64,000 nucleotides of DNA from an uncultured Anaerolinea sp. (GCA_964474095.1 CAYYRU010000004.1:14859-78858), one strand, 5' to 3'. Positions 38,815 to 48,198 are shown, numbered from the stretch's first letter. Notes: generated by a model from the letters alone, not told the origin. Numbers and translations are program-made.

Positions 38815-39792
38815 CTATACTTCGATGTTGCCCATTTTCTTGATCACAAAATATCCAGAGATGATCAAAATTCCAGCCAAACCAAGGGCAAGATAACCAC
38901 AAGGAACCGGTCCAGAATTTGATTCTTTGGAAACCAGCAGCATCACATAATCACGGTTGATCAAGTAAAGCACCAGAATAACACCAACTGGCAGTACAGA
39001 TAACAATGTGGCAGACGCATCCATTTGGGAAGTTAAAACGCGGATCTCGCCTTTTAAGCGGATGCGTTCACGAATTGTGTGAGAAATGGTATCGAGAATT
39101 TCCGCCAGGTTGCCGCCCACTTCGCGCTGCACATTCATGGCAGTGATAACCAGATCAAGATCGTCGCTTGGGATTCGTCGCAGTAAATTATCAAGGGCTT
39201 TTTCAGTCGATACACCAAGCTGAATTTCCTGAACGACTCTGCGAAATTCATCACTGATAGGAGCAGGGAGTTCTTTACTGACAGATTCCATGGCTTGCAT
39301 GACCGAGTAACCTGCACGTAGACCATTGACCATCAACCCGAGCATGTCGGCCAGCTGGTCGTTGAACTTGATGAGGCGCTTCTTTTTTTGTGCGTTGACG
39401 TATATCCGGGGGAGGAACATGCCAACAACCGCCCCAAGCAGGCCTATCAGGATACTTTGTGAACCTAAGAACCACCCGAATACAGCCATTAAGAAAGCAC
39501 AGATGGCCATCAAAGCAACAAATTCACCGGGTTTCAGTTTTAGATCTGCTTGTGCCAATTCTTTACCAAGTTGATCACCAAAACTGGATTTTTCAACTCG
39601 TTTGGTCAGCCAATCGGTAACTGGTGTTTGAGCTTCTTTCTTTGGCTGATTATCAGTTTGTTCGGGTTTTACGTATTCTCCGATACGTTCTTCTTCAGAA
39701 GAGCTACGGCTTCGAATTGAAACAGCAATCCCAACGATCGTCAGAATCAAGACGACCGCACCACCTACCCAGAGAATTATTGTTGGATTCAT
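38815..39792 (-). CDS. tadB: Tad pilus inner-membrane platform protein (T2SSF family)
   Basis: T2SSF domain, TM helices, immediately downstream of the CpaF ATPase gene. Confidence 0.85.
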   Translation of the reverse strand: MNPTIILWVGGAVVLILTIVGIAVSIRSRSSSEEERIGEYVKPEQTDNQPKKEAQTPVTDWLTKRVEKSSFGDQLGKELAQADLKLKPGEFVALMAICAFLMAVFGWFLGSQSILIGLLGAVVGMFLPRIYVNAQKKKRLIKFNDQLADMLGLMVNGLRAGYSVMQAMESVSKELPAPISDEFRRVVQEIQLGVSTEKALDNLLRRIPSDDLDLVITAMNVQREVGGNLAEILDTISHTIRERIRLKGEIRVLTSQMDASATLLSVLPVGVILVLYLINRDYVMLLVSKESNSGPVPCGYLALGLAGILIISGYFVIKKMGNIEV

Positions 39793-39815
39793 AACATCAC
39801 CTGGCTGCTTCTTTT

Positions 39816-41207
39816 CTATCTGTGCATTCCAATGCCAAACACACTGGGGGGTAGATGAATCCCGGCCGCTTCGATCTTTTCCATGAATTTCGGCCTTAAT
39901 CCAGTAGGACGCATCCGTCCGATCACTTTGTTGTTTTCATATCCCAATTGTTCATAAATAAAAATATCGGTCATGGTGATGATGTCGCCTTCCATGCCTG
40001 TCACTTCGGTTATGTTGACCACTTTACGCGTACCGTCGCGCATACGCTCTTGGTGAACGACCAAATCGATGGCCGAGCTAACCTGTTCTCGAATGGCCCG
40101 CATTGGGATATCCATGCCTGCCATCATGGTCATAGTCTCCAAACGAGCCAGCGTGTCTCGTGGACTGTTGGAGTGCAGTGTCGTCATCGATCCATCATGG
40201 CCGGTGTTCATGGCCTGAAGCATATCCAAGGCGGCTTCATCGCGGATCTCGCCGACGATGATGCGGTCCGGACGCATGCGCAAGGCATTGACCACCAGGT
40301 CGCGGATGGTGATCTCACCTTTTCCTTCGATGTTGGCCGGACGGGACTCGAGTGTGATCACATGTTCCTGGCGCAGTTGAAGCTCGGCTGCATTTTCAAT
40401 GGTGACGATGCGTTCATCAGAGGGGATGAAACCTGAAAGCACATTAAGCAAGGTTGTTTTGCCAGAACCCGTGCCGCCAGAGATCACCACATTCACACGT
40501 GCTTTAACACAGGCATCCAATAATTGGAGCGCTTCAGCGGTGATCGACCCAAATTGGATCAACTGATCTACGGAAAATGGGTTCTTTGAGAACTTACGAA
40601 TGGTCAGAACAGGCCCGATCAGCGAAACCGGTGGAATAATGGCGTTAACGCGCGAACCATCCGGAAGGCGTGCATCCACATATGGGCTGGATTCATCGAT
40701 ACGGCGGCCTAATGGTGCCACAATTCTCTCAATGATGCGCATCACGTGTTCGTCGCTCTCAAAAGTGAGGGGCACACGTTGAATTTTTCCACGACGTTCA
40801 ACATATATACTCTTGGCGCCGTTTACCATGATCTCTGTGATCGTATCGTCTTCGAGAAGAGGTTGAAGCGGTCCCAATCCCAGGATCTCGGCCACGATCT
40901 GGTCAAACAACCTGGTTTTTTCGGTTCTGGATAAAACAAAGTTTTCTTCGACCAGAATTTGATCAAATAGGTTTTGAATAGTTTTACGAACTTCGTTGAC
41001 TTCGGTAACATCCACACTCGGATCCAACTCGGTGAGCAGTTTGTTTTGAACCCGTGTTTTCAGGTCTTGATAAGTATCTGCAGTTGTTTGACCGGGTGGA
41101 ATCAAAGGTTTTCGGGGTTGAATGGGAGTGGAAGCGGCATTTCCCTGGTTGCTCAGACCTGAGTTTGTATTAGTTTCACCTGATTGAATGCGTTTTAAGA
41201 TTGACAT
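39816..41207 (-). CDS. tadA: CpaF/TadA secretion ATPase
   Basis: Walker [10 protein letters not shown], Asp box, Walker B IIVGEIRD, His box HDGSMTTLH. Confidence 0.95.
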   Translation of the reverse strand: MSILKRIQSGETNTNSGLSNQGNAASTPIQPRKPLIPPGQTTADTYQDLKTRVQNKLLTELDPSVDVTEVNEVRKTIQNLFDQILVEENFVLSRTEKTRLFDQIVAEILGLGPLQPLLEDDTITEIMVNGAKSIYVERRGKIQRVPLTFESDEHVMRIIERIVAPLGRRIDESSPYVDARLPDGSRVNAIIPPVSLIGPVLTIRKFSKNPFSVDQLIQFGSITAEALQLLDACVKARVNVVISGGTGSGKTTLLNVLSGFIPSDERIVTIENAAELQLRQEHVITLESRPANIEGKGEITIRDLVVNALRMRPDRIIVGEIRDEAALDMLQAMNTGHDGSMTTLHSNSPRDTLARLETMTMMAGMDIPMRAIREQVSSAIDLVVHQERMRDGTRKVVNITEVTGMEGDIITMTDIFIYEQLGYENNKVIGRMRPTGLRPKFMEKIEAAGIHLPPSVFGIGMHR

Positions 41208-41221
41208 TTACCTTATTACTC

Positions 41222-42457
41222 CTAAGCGATTGAAGTCTCTTGATCTTTTTGGATTCTTGACCGTAGCACTTCAATCAAGGCAGAGATCGCTTTACCGGCA
41301 GGAGCAAGCTTGTTATCAACCATGAAGGGGATTCCCCGGTTCATTGCACTGGTGATAATTCTTTCCTCGTAGGGAATAGCAACCAGGATCGGTTGCCGCA
41401 AACTCTCACCAACGCGTTCTGGTGAAATGGCAATGCGTTTATCATAACGATTCATAATAAACAAAATCTTTTCTCTGGGGATACTAGACGCGTCAGCGAG
41501 CGTAAGAAATTGATTGGCGGTCTTGATGGAGGGAATGTCTTGAGTGGTTAGCAAAATGATGTAATCAGCAACATCCAAACAATTTTGTACCACTTCGGTA
41601 AGATAGGATGTTGTATCTATGATGACATAGGTGTAAATCTGGCGTAGATAATTGAGTACTTTTGAGATTGGCTCACCTTTTTGAGTTTCATTTAATTCCG
41701 GATCCTTAGGGGAAGGCATCATGTGTAGACCGGTTAATTTATTTTCAACCATGATGTCTTCTATGATATCTGGATCCAGATCGTCAGCCCGATCAACCAG
41801 GTCTAGGATTGAGTTTTTACCATGTTCGTTTAAGAATACGGCCACATTGCCATACAGCAGATTGGCGTCAACAATGGCCACTTTATTTTCAGGGGACTTT
41901 AGTCCAACTCCCAGATTTGTGGCAATGGTGGTGCAACCGGTACCACCTTTGGGGCTATACACACAGATGACCTTTCCTAGATTTACCATCGGCATGCGCA
42001 TCATCATCTGAGGTGAGAGAGGACCTGTCATGCCTGTAGAGTTGAAAACAGCAGCCGCTTTCTGCTTTTCTTCATGAGCCAGGTCTCCGGCGCGTCTTAT
42101 CGCGGCGGTTAGTTCATCAATCATGGGGGGCTTGGTTAAAAAATCTCGTGCTCCGGCAAGCATCGCCTTGCGCATGTAATTGGCATCATTTTGCACTGAA
42201 AGCACCACAATTTGGATGTAGGGCACTTTTTTCCGAATGGCTTCAGTGGCAGTGATGCCGTCCATATCGGGCATGTTGATATCCATGACAATTACATCAG
42301 GCTTGAGTTTTTGCGCGGATTCCATGGCTTCAATGCCAGTACGGCCTGTGCCCACTACCTCAATGGAAGTGTCAAACTGAAGCATACGCAGAATCATTTC
42401 ACGTGATTCGTCGATATCGTCCACAACCACTACATTTATTTTTTCCTGCGATGCCAT
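41222..42457 (-). CDS. response-regulator receiver fused to CpaE/TadZ-type ParA/MinD-like ATPase
   Basis: REC domain with VVVVDDID, VIVMDINMPDMDG, VVLS and FLTKP (all phospho-acceptor pocket residues present). C-terminal deviant P-loop VYSPKGGTGCTT. Confidence 0.85.
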   Translation of the reverse strand: MASQEKINVVVVDDIDESREMILRMLQFDTSIEVVGTGRTGIEAMESAQKLKPDVIVMDINMPDMDGITATEAIRKKVPYIQIVVLSVQNDANYMRKAMLAGARDFLTKPPMIDELTAAIRRAGDLAHEEKQKAAAVFNSTGMTGPLSPQMMMRMPMVNLGKVICVYSPKGGTGCTTIATNLGVGLKSPENKVAIVDANLLYGNVAVFLNEHGKNSILDLVDRADDLDPDIIEDIMVENKLTGLHMMPSPKDPELNETQKGEPISKVLNYLRQIYTYVIIDTTSYLTEVVQNCLDVADYIILLTTQDIPSIKTANQFLTLADASSIPREKILFIMNRYDKRIAISPERVGESLRQPILVAIPYEERIITSAMNRGIPFMVDNKLAPAGKAISALIEVLRSRIQKDQETSIA

Positions 42458-42493
42458 AAAACTCCGGCGAAATCTCTAGATTAGGTGCATGGT

Positions 42494-43615
42494 TTAAGGT
42501 TGAATCAAGATGTAATCATTGAAACCAGGATACACCAGGGAATCAACCCTGGGTTCGACATTGTAGGGCAATTTAACAGGTGAAGGGATGTTTTTCTGTT
42601 CCATGATGTATTGCAGGGTGACAGGATCAGTTGTGAAAACACTACCATCTCCTGCACTTCTCAAGGCCAGCGATAATTTAGAACCTGAGAGTTCCATGTA
42701 ATTCAAGATCAGGTTATCTTGCGGTGAGACTACCAGGGTAACCGATCCAGAGTAGGTGGTGGGAATATTATTTACAACACCTTCGGGAGTTGCTTCGACC
42801 ACCGGGGTGGGGGTTGGCGCCATGCCGACAGTAGCGGATTCCGCATCAAACATGCCAACATTCAGGATCATGGCATCTTGAATGATCGTTTGGCATACTA
42901 ATCGAGGTCTTTGATTTTCAGAGGCGGAAAGATAAACAAATTGGTTGGTGGATGGATCGAGTTCATAACGTCCGTAGTATTGAAGTAAACCTTCGGGGCT
43001 GGGTTCCATTCCAACAGAGAATAAAGTGCCGTGATCTGTAACTTCTCCTGGTTGAGAATATGTGGCGTTAATATTGTTGGGCAGGCGGGTTTGATAATCG
43101 GTATCAAGTTCGGTGAGCAGCATGCAACCGATCACCATGACGTGATCGCCATTTTGAGGGGCAAAAGCCACATTAGTCTCAGGGCTAACCGCGATCGATT
43201 TGGCCACCATCCCTGATGGAATATCAAATGAAGCCAGGGAACCGCCATTCTCTTTAATGACCATGTTTGCAGTCAAGGGGACAGTAGGATCAATATCGTA
43301 TTTGGCTTTTTGTCCGACCACGTCTTCGATCTTAGCAAAAAAGACGCCTTGGGGCATTTGATTGACAGGATATTTGATCGTGGTCAAGAAGTCAGCGGTA
43401 ATGATCGTGCCTCGGGGAATCGTCTGTGAGGCGATCACAATATCCACCATTTCCATATTGGGAGTTGCAGTTGCAGCGGGTTGATTCGACGCAGGTGCCA
43501 GTCCGGTCAGCCCAGAGTTACCTGTTAACAGCAGGTATGCCAGTACGGCACCTACTGCAATGATCAAAATAATGATGATAAAGATCCTACTGCTTCTTTT
43601 TTTCCCTGCAGCCAT
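42494..43615 (-). CDS. cpaB: Flp pilus assembly protein CpaB/RcpC (SAF domain)
   Basis: N-terminal TM anchor, SAF-like segment VIASQTIPRGTIITADFL, first assembly gene after the pilin genes. Confidence 0.8.
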   Translation of the reverse strand: MAAGKKRSSRIFIIIILIIAVGAVLAYLLLTGNSGLTGLAPASNQPAATATPNMEMVDIVIASQTIPRGTIITADFLTTIKYPVNQMPQGVFFAKIEDVVGQKAKYDIDPTVPLTANMVIKENGGSLASFDIPSGMVAKSIAVSPETNVAFAPQNGDHVMVIGCMLLTELDTDYQTRLPNNINATYSQPGEVTDHGTLFSVGMEPSPEGLLQYYGRYELDPSTNQFVYLSASENQRPRLVCQTIIQDAMILNVGMFDAESATVGMAPTPTPVVEATPEGVVNNIPTTYSGSVTLVVSPQDNLILNYMELSGSKLSLALRSAGDGSVFTTDPVTLQYIMEQKNIPSPVKLPYNVEPRVDSLVYPGFNDYILIQP

Positions 43616-43736
43616 TGATACCTCCTACAATTCCGACAACCCTTGAGTATATACTAATTAATTATACGGCATAAAAAACCGCGTTTACTGACTTTTTACT
43701 TGTTTTATATCCATTTTTGGCCTTAACAAAAAAGAA

Positions 43737-43756
43737 AGGCTCTGTTTCCAGAGCCT
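43737..43756 (-). terminator. rho-independent terminator/attenuator between the pilin gene and cpaB
   Basis: On the minus strand, AGGCTCTG / GAAA / CAGAGCCT followed by TTTCTTTTTT, 28 nt after the pilin stop. Confidence 0.6.
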
Positions 43757-43783
43757 CGCTTTTTCTTGTTTTAGGCCTTGAAC

Positions 43784-43939
43784 CTAGACACCTGACAGTG
43801 AGGAGTTGACCTTGCTGAAAACTCCACCAATCTGCGGACCAAGGATCCGAAGAACAACGATAACCACAACAGCGATCAAAACAAGAATCAATGCGTATTC
43901 AATTAAACCTTGACCTTTTTCTTTAGGGGCGAATAACAT
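43784..43939 (-). CDS. flp: Flp/Fap-family prepilin (51 aa), not in the supplied ORF track
   Basis: My translation: MLFAPKEKGQGLIEYALILVLIAVVVIVVLRILGPQIGGVFSKVNSSLSGV. G/XXXXEY processing motif (G9-QGLI-EY). AAAGGAG RBS. Confidence 0.85.
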   Translation of the reverse strand: MLFAPKEKGQGLIEYALILVLIAVVVIVVLRILGPQIGGVFSKVNSSLSGV

Positions 43940-43975
43940 AGTGTGTCTCCTTTCATTAGACTAAATTATGTATAT

Positions 43976-44021
43976 ATTATAAAGATGTGTTCATGGTTCT
44001 TACATTACAGCTACTTAACAA
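43976..44021 (-). promoter_or_regulatory. candidate promoter of proximal flp: TATAAT plus upstream TTGTTAAGT element
   Basis: Minus-strand TATAAT at 43976-43981 (37 nt before the ATG) and TTGTTAAGT at 44013-44021. The same pair at near-identical spacing precedes the distal flp gene. Confidence 0.35.
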
Positions 44022-44039
44022 AAAAATGGGGTGCTGTCA

Positions 44040-44201
44040 TTAATTGGGGGCATTAGACAAGGAGGTATTAATATTGCTGAAAATACCACCAATTTGCGGA
44101 CCCAAGATGCGCAATACGACGATGACAACAACGGCGATCAAAACGAGTATTAATGCGTATTCAATTAATCCTTGGCCTTTTTCTTTCGGGCTAAACAACA
44201 T
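44040..44201 (-). CDS. flp: Flp/Fap-family prepilin (53 aa), not in the supplied ORF track
   Basis: My translation: MLFSPKEKGQGLIEYALILVLIAVVVIVVLRILGPQIGGIFSNINTSLSNAPN. Same G/XXXXEY motif. AAAGGAGG RBS. The + strand ORF 44044..44229 is its antisense shadow. Confidence 0.85.
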   Translation of the reverse strand: MLFSPKEKGQGLIEYALILVLIAVVVIVVLRILGPQIGGIFSNINTSLSNAPN

Positions 44202-44239
44202 GATTTTTTCCTCCTTTCCAAAAGAATAGTGTTATCAAG

Positions 44240-44286
44240 ATTATATACATCGATTGAAGCAATTAATCTTATCAATCACTTAACAA
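44240..44286 (-). promoter_or_regulatory. candidate promoter of distal flp: TATAAT plus upstream TTGTTAAGT element
   Basis: Minus-strand TATAAT at 44240-44245 (39 nt before the ATG) and TTGTTAAGT at 44278-44286. Confidence 0.35.
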
Positions 44287-44416
44287 CAATGCGTTCTCAT
44301 CATTCTCAGAAAGTCCAAAATGAGTTTCAGAATAGAGAAAAGATCTGAGTAATCCCCTTTCTGATAAAAGATTAACACAATTTTCGCTTCAATCTATGGG
44401 AAACTTCGTAAATTAA

Positions 44417-44445
44417 TTGTAAGTGGCTGGAAAAAATACTATAAT
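44417..44445 (+). promoter_or_regulatory. sigma-70-type promoter for the helical-protein/SPFH pair
   Basis: TTGTAA - 17 nt - TATAAT, ending 40 nt before the ATG at 44486, which has a GGAGGA RBS. Confidence 0.5.
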
Positions 44446-44485
44446 CAACTATACCAGCTTAAAATGAGCAAAATGGAGGATACAA

Positions 44486-45004
44486 ATGAGCGATTTGTTT
44501 GAACGGGTGACATCTCAACAAGATGCCTTGAAGAAATTATTTGCCAAAATCCCGGGTTTTAAGGGCTATATTGAACGGGTAGATCGCAGGAATGCGGACA
44601 AATTACTGCGAGAATCCATTGCCGATCAATATCAGGCACAATGGCAGCGCATATCGAGTATTCAAAGAGACCTGGTGAACGCCGGTCAACTTGATGTCCT
44701 GGATGATATTGAAATTGCATCCACCAGGTTGCGCCAATTCATTGACCGAATCAAAACCGCGGCTTATGGATATTCCAGTTTCTTTGAATCAGTAAAAATC
44801 AACGAAGCCGAATTGGAGAAAGTTTACCAATACGATCTGGCACTGGTTACCATGGGAGATGAAATATCCAATGCTGTTGATAACCTTGAAGCATCGGTTG
44901 GGACTGACGGTTTGCCAGCTGCAATTCGCAACCTCAATCAAAAAGCTCAAGATTGTGTCACCGCTTTTGAAAAACGATCTGAATTGATGAAATTCGGTCA
45001 ATAA
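44486..45004 (+). CDS. hypothetical all-helical (coiled-coil-like) protein, partner of the downstream SPFH protein
   Basis: 172 aa, strong RBS, heptad-like charged/hydrophobic texture. No motif recognised. Confidence 0.6.
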   Translation: MSDLFERVTSQQDALKKLFAKIPGFKGYIERVDRRNADKLLRESIADQYQAQWQRISSIQRDLVNAGQLDVLDDIEIASTRLRQFIDRIKTAAYGYSSFFESVKINEAELEKVYQYDLALVTMGDEISNAVDNLEASVGTDGLPAAIRNLNQKAQDCVTAFEKRSELMKFGQ

Positions 45005-45036
45005 ATTTCGATATCTTTTAATCAGGGAGAGACCCA

Positions 45037-46086
45037 ATGGCAAGAATTTTTGATGTAGTTGAATATCCTAATGAGATGACCGATGAATTGGTTCACCGGT
45101 TCCCAGAACAGGGTATTGCCGATCTTCGTATCGGTTCCCAAATCATCGTGCGTGAATCTCAACGTGTTGTTTTTGTACGTGATGGTCAGGCGTTGGATTC
45201 ATTCGGTCCAGGCAGACACACCATCGTTACTGCAAATATTCCCCTGCTAACCGAGTTTATCGGAAAAGCGTTTAATGACCGAACTCCATTTACCGCGGAA
45301 GTTTATTTTGTCTCGACAAAGGAATTTCCAGATCGCAAATGGGGCACTGCCCAGCCCATCATGGTGAAAAACAGTGGTGTCGGTTTGGGAGTGGCTTTGC
45401 TGCAAGGTTATGGAACCTACAGCTTCAATATCAGTGATCCGCAGCAATTTGTGACCCAAATTGTTGGGGCAAAAGCCTCATATCAGCTTTCTGAGATCGA
45501 AGGCCGTTTCAGAACCATTATTCTTTCAAAACTTCAGGACCTGCTCTCTGAAACAGGCGCCAAGAAAAATGTTTTCGAGATCCTGGCTTTGACCGAAGAA
45601 ATTGGTGCTGGCATACGCGCCAAGGCTCAAGATGATTTTGCTGCCATTGGTATCACTCTAAAATCCTTCTACATTGGCAGCCTTAAACCCTCAGAGAAAT
45701 CTGCTGAAGAACTGCGCTCCATGGGTATGCTGGATATGGCTACCTATGCCCAACTGCAGGCCTCTGACGCCATGCGTGAAGCCGCCAACAATCCTGGTGG
45801 TGGGGCAGGTTTAACCGCTGGAATTGGAGCTGGTTTGGGTATTGGCAATGTCTTATCCCAGTCTTTAGCAGGAATTGGTCAAAACCAACCCGCAGTTGGT
45901 GCCGCAGGCGCTGCAGCTGCTGCCAGCATTCCTTCAGTGATGACGACCTCGGAAGCCGCTAATGTCTTGAAGGTCGCAGAAGCGGATGTTCTGGCCGCCA
46001 TAACAGCCGGACAGCTTAAAGCCAAGAAGATTGGCGAGTCTTACCGCATCAGCAAGGAAGCTCTCGAGAACTTCCTAAAAGAATAG
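45037..46086 (+). CDS. SPFH/Band-7 protein of the YdjI (COG4260) type with Gly/Ala-rich linker and C-terminal excisionase-type HTH
   Basis: N-terminus IFDVVEYPNEMTDELVHRFPE...GSQIIVRESQRVVFVRDGQALDSFGPGRHTI typical of the COG4260 SPFH family. The last ~50 aa, MTTSEAANVLKVAEADVLAAITAGQLKAKKIGESYRISKEALENFL, fit the excisionase/MerR-like HTH_17 pattern. Confidence 0.8.
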   Translation: MARIFDVVEYPNEMTDELVHRFPEQGIADLRIGSQIIVRESQRVVFVRDGQALDSFGPGRHTIVTANIPLLTEFIGKAFNDRTPFTAEVYFVSTKEFPDRKWGTAQPIMVKNSGVGLGVALLQGYGTYSFNISDPQQFVTQIVGAKASYQLSEIEGRFRTIILSKLQDLLSETGAKKNVFEILALTEEIGAGIRAKAQDDFAAIGITLKSFYIGSLKPSEKSAEELRSMGMLDMATYAQLQASDAMREAANNPGGGAGLTAGIGAGLGIGNVLSQSLAGIGQNQPAVGAAGAAAAASIPSVMTTSEAANVLKVAEADVLAAITAGQLKAKKIGESYRISKEALENFLKE

Positions 46087-46107
46087 ATTTTAAAGAATCA
46101 AAAGTGA

Positions 46108-46143
46108 AACAACCCTCATAACAAATGAGGGTTGTTTTTTTGA
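46108..46143 (+). terminator. rho-independent terminator after the SPFH gene
   Basis: AACAACCCTCAT / AACAA / ATGAGGGTTGTT followed by a T7 run. Confidence 0.7.
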
Positions 46144-46192
46144 AAAGAGTATAATTTATACGGTTTCTATCACAGGTTCACAAGGTGGCTTG

Positions 46193-47335
46193 ATGAGACT
46201 TCATGAATACCAATCCAAAGCCCTTTTTGCAATTTATGACATTCCTATTCCGAATGGTCGGTTGGCAGAGACCCCCGAAGCGGCGAAAGAGGTCTATTCA
46301 GACCTGGGCAACAAAGTGATCATCAAGGCTCAAGTTTTGGTGGGAGGCCGAGGTAAGGGTGGAGGGGTTCACCTCGCCAGAAATCCTGAAGAAGCCGAGT
46401 CCTTTGCAAGACAGATCCTTGGTATGACATTAAAGGGATTACCTGTGAGAAAGGTGATGGTTGAAGAGGCTGTTTCCATTGAAAAAGAGATTTATCTTAG
46501 TATTACCAATGATCGGAGCTCGCAAAAACCGATCCTGATGGCCTCAAGTGCCGGGGGCATGGATATTGAAGAAGTCGCTCAGACATCACCTGACAAAATC
46601 ATTCGTAGGATTATCGACCCATTACTGGGGTTGCGTGATTATCAATTGCGGGATGTAGCCATTAACATTGACCTTGATCGTTCTTATTGGCAATCATTTG
46701 GTGAACTGGTAAAAAATCTTTGGCGGCTTTACGTTGAGTGCGATTGTTCATTAGTTGAGATCAACCCTTTGGCTATTACATCAGACAGTAAACTGATTGC
46801 TTTGGACGCAAAGATTATATTAGATGACAACGCCCTATTCCGGCACCCGAACCTGGCTGAGCTACGGGATAAAGATGCGGAATCGTCAGCAGAACTTGAA
46901 GGGCGTAAAATCGGAGTCTCATTTATTCGAATGAATGGAAACATAGGCTGCCTGGTGAATGGAGCCGGCCTGGCCATGGCCACCATGGATATCATTAAAC
47001 ACATGGGGGGTGACCCCGCCAATTTTCTGGATATTGGCGGCGGAGCCACCGCAGAAAAGGTGGCAGCATCTTTGAAATTGATCTTAAGTGACCCACAAGT
47101 TAAGGCGATTTTGATCAATGTTTTTGGTGGGATCACCCGCTGTGATGAAGTTGCCAAAGGGGTAATGGATGCCTTTAAAATCATTCACACCGATCTTCCA
47201 GTAGTGGTGCGTCTGGTGGGTACGAACGATGAAGAAGGCATGCGCCTGATCAAGGACACTCATATGATCCCCGCCTCGAGCCTGATGGAAGCGGCCAGGA
47301 TTGCGGTTGCTAAAGCTGTGGAGGTGCAGGCATGA
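46193..47335 (+). CDS. sucC: succinate-CoA ligase (ADP-forming) beta subunit
   Basis: [13 protein letters not shown]-terminus, ATP-grasp, [12 protein letters not shown] at 46193 (the track start is a TTG one codon earlier). Confidence 0.95.
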   Translation: MRLHEYQSKALFAIYDIPIPNGRLAETPEAAKEVYSDLGNKVIIKAQVLVGGRGKGGGVHLARNPEEAESFARQILGMTLKGLPVRKVMVEEAVSIEKEIYLSITNDRSSQKPILMASSAGGMDIEEVAQTSPDKIIRRIIDPLLGLRDYQLRDVAINIDLDRSYWQSFGELVKNLWRLYVECDCSLVEINPLAITSDSKLIALDAKIILDDNALFRHPNLAELRDKDAESSAELEGRKIGVSFIRMNGNIGCLVNGAGLAMATMDIIKHMGGDPANFLDIGGGATAEKVAASLKLILSDPQVKAILINVFGGITRCDEVAKGVMDAFKIIHTDLPVVVRLVGTNDEEGMRLIKDTHMIPASSLMEAARIAVAKAVEVQA

Positions 47336-48198
47336 GTATTTTAGCCAATAAAGATACCCGTTTGCTGGTGCAAGGCATTACTGGCAAGGAAGGATTATTT
47401 CATACCGAGCAAATGCTGCAATATAAAACCAACATCGTGGCTGGAGTGACACCGGGTAAGGGCGGCGATTGGGTATTGAATGGCAAGGTTCCTGTTTTTG
47501 ACTCAGTGCAAACCGCGGTTGAAGTAACCGGTGCCAACGCATCTGTCATTTTTGTGCCAGCCAAGTATGTTGGTGACGCCATTTTCGAAGCGGCGGATGC
47601 TGAAATTCCGCTGGTAGTTTGCATCACTGAAGGCACTCCAGTGCAGGATATGATGCGCGTGAAACAGTATTTGGCTGGTAGAAAAACACGCTTGATTGGT
47701 CCAAACTGCCCGGGTTTGTTAACGCCTGGTGAGACGAAGATAGGCATCATCCCTGGTAATATCGCCATCCCCGGTAATGTGGGTGTCATCTCAAGATCGG
47801 GAACATTAACCTACGAGGTGTTATATGCCTTGAAAGGAAGCGGCATGGGGGTTTCCACATGTATTGGAATCGGAGGTGATCCGGTAAAGGGAATGGGGTT
47901 CGTAGAGGCGCTGGAATTGTTTGAAGCGGATGCTAAAACGGATACGATAATCATGATCGGAGAAATTGGCGGCAACGATGAAGAAATAGCCGCAGACTTT
48001 ATTTCAAAGCATTTGACTAAACCGGTCGTAGCTTTTATCGCTGGTATAACCGCTCCCCCAGGAAAACGCATGGGGCACGCTGGCGCGATCATTGAAGGCA
48101 AATCTGGAACTGCTGAAAGTAAAATTTCCGCACTTCAAACAGCAGGCGTAAAAATAGCCCGTTTTCCTGAAGAAATACCGGGCTTTATAAATCTGTAA
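47332..48198 (+). CDS. sucD: succinate-CoA ligase alpha subunit
   Basis: [18 protein letters not shown], catalytic His context GHAGAII. ATGA overlap with sucC. Confidence 0.95.
   Translation: MSILANKDTRLLVQGITGKEGLFHTEQMLQYKTNIVAGVTPGKGGDWVLNGKVPVFDSVQTAVEVTGANASVIFVPAKYVGDAIFEAADAEIPLVVCITEGTPVQDMMRVKQYLAGRKTRLIGPNCPGLLTPGETKIGIIPGNIAIPGNVGVISRSGTLTYEVLYALKGSGMGVSTCIGIGGDPVKGMGFVEALELFEADAKTDTIIMIGEIGGNDEEIAADFISKHLTKPVVAFIAGITAPPGKRMGHAGAIIEGKSGTAESKISALQTAGVKIARFPEEIPGFINL

Noticed and set aside
39948-40436. 162-aa ORF antisense to cpaF/tadA
   Set aside because: Same reasoning: it is embedded in a conserved ATPase gene and has no independent signals.
44044-44229. 61-aa plus-strand ORF in the pilin region
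   Set aside because: It is the antisense shadow of the distal flp gene, which has a strong RBS and a canonical Flp motif on the minus strand.
44290-44416. Possible small RNA in the 280-nt AT-rich spacer between the flp promoter and the SPFH-module promoter
   Set aside because: I could find no convincing stem-loops, terminator or conserved motif. It is more likely divergent promoter spacing.
45930-46086. Excisionase-type HTH as a sign of an integrated mobile element
   Set aside because: It is the C-terminal domain of the SPFH protein, not a separate xis gene. I saw no integrase, att-like repeats or compositional break.
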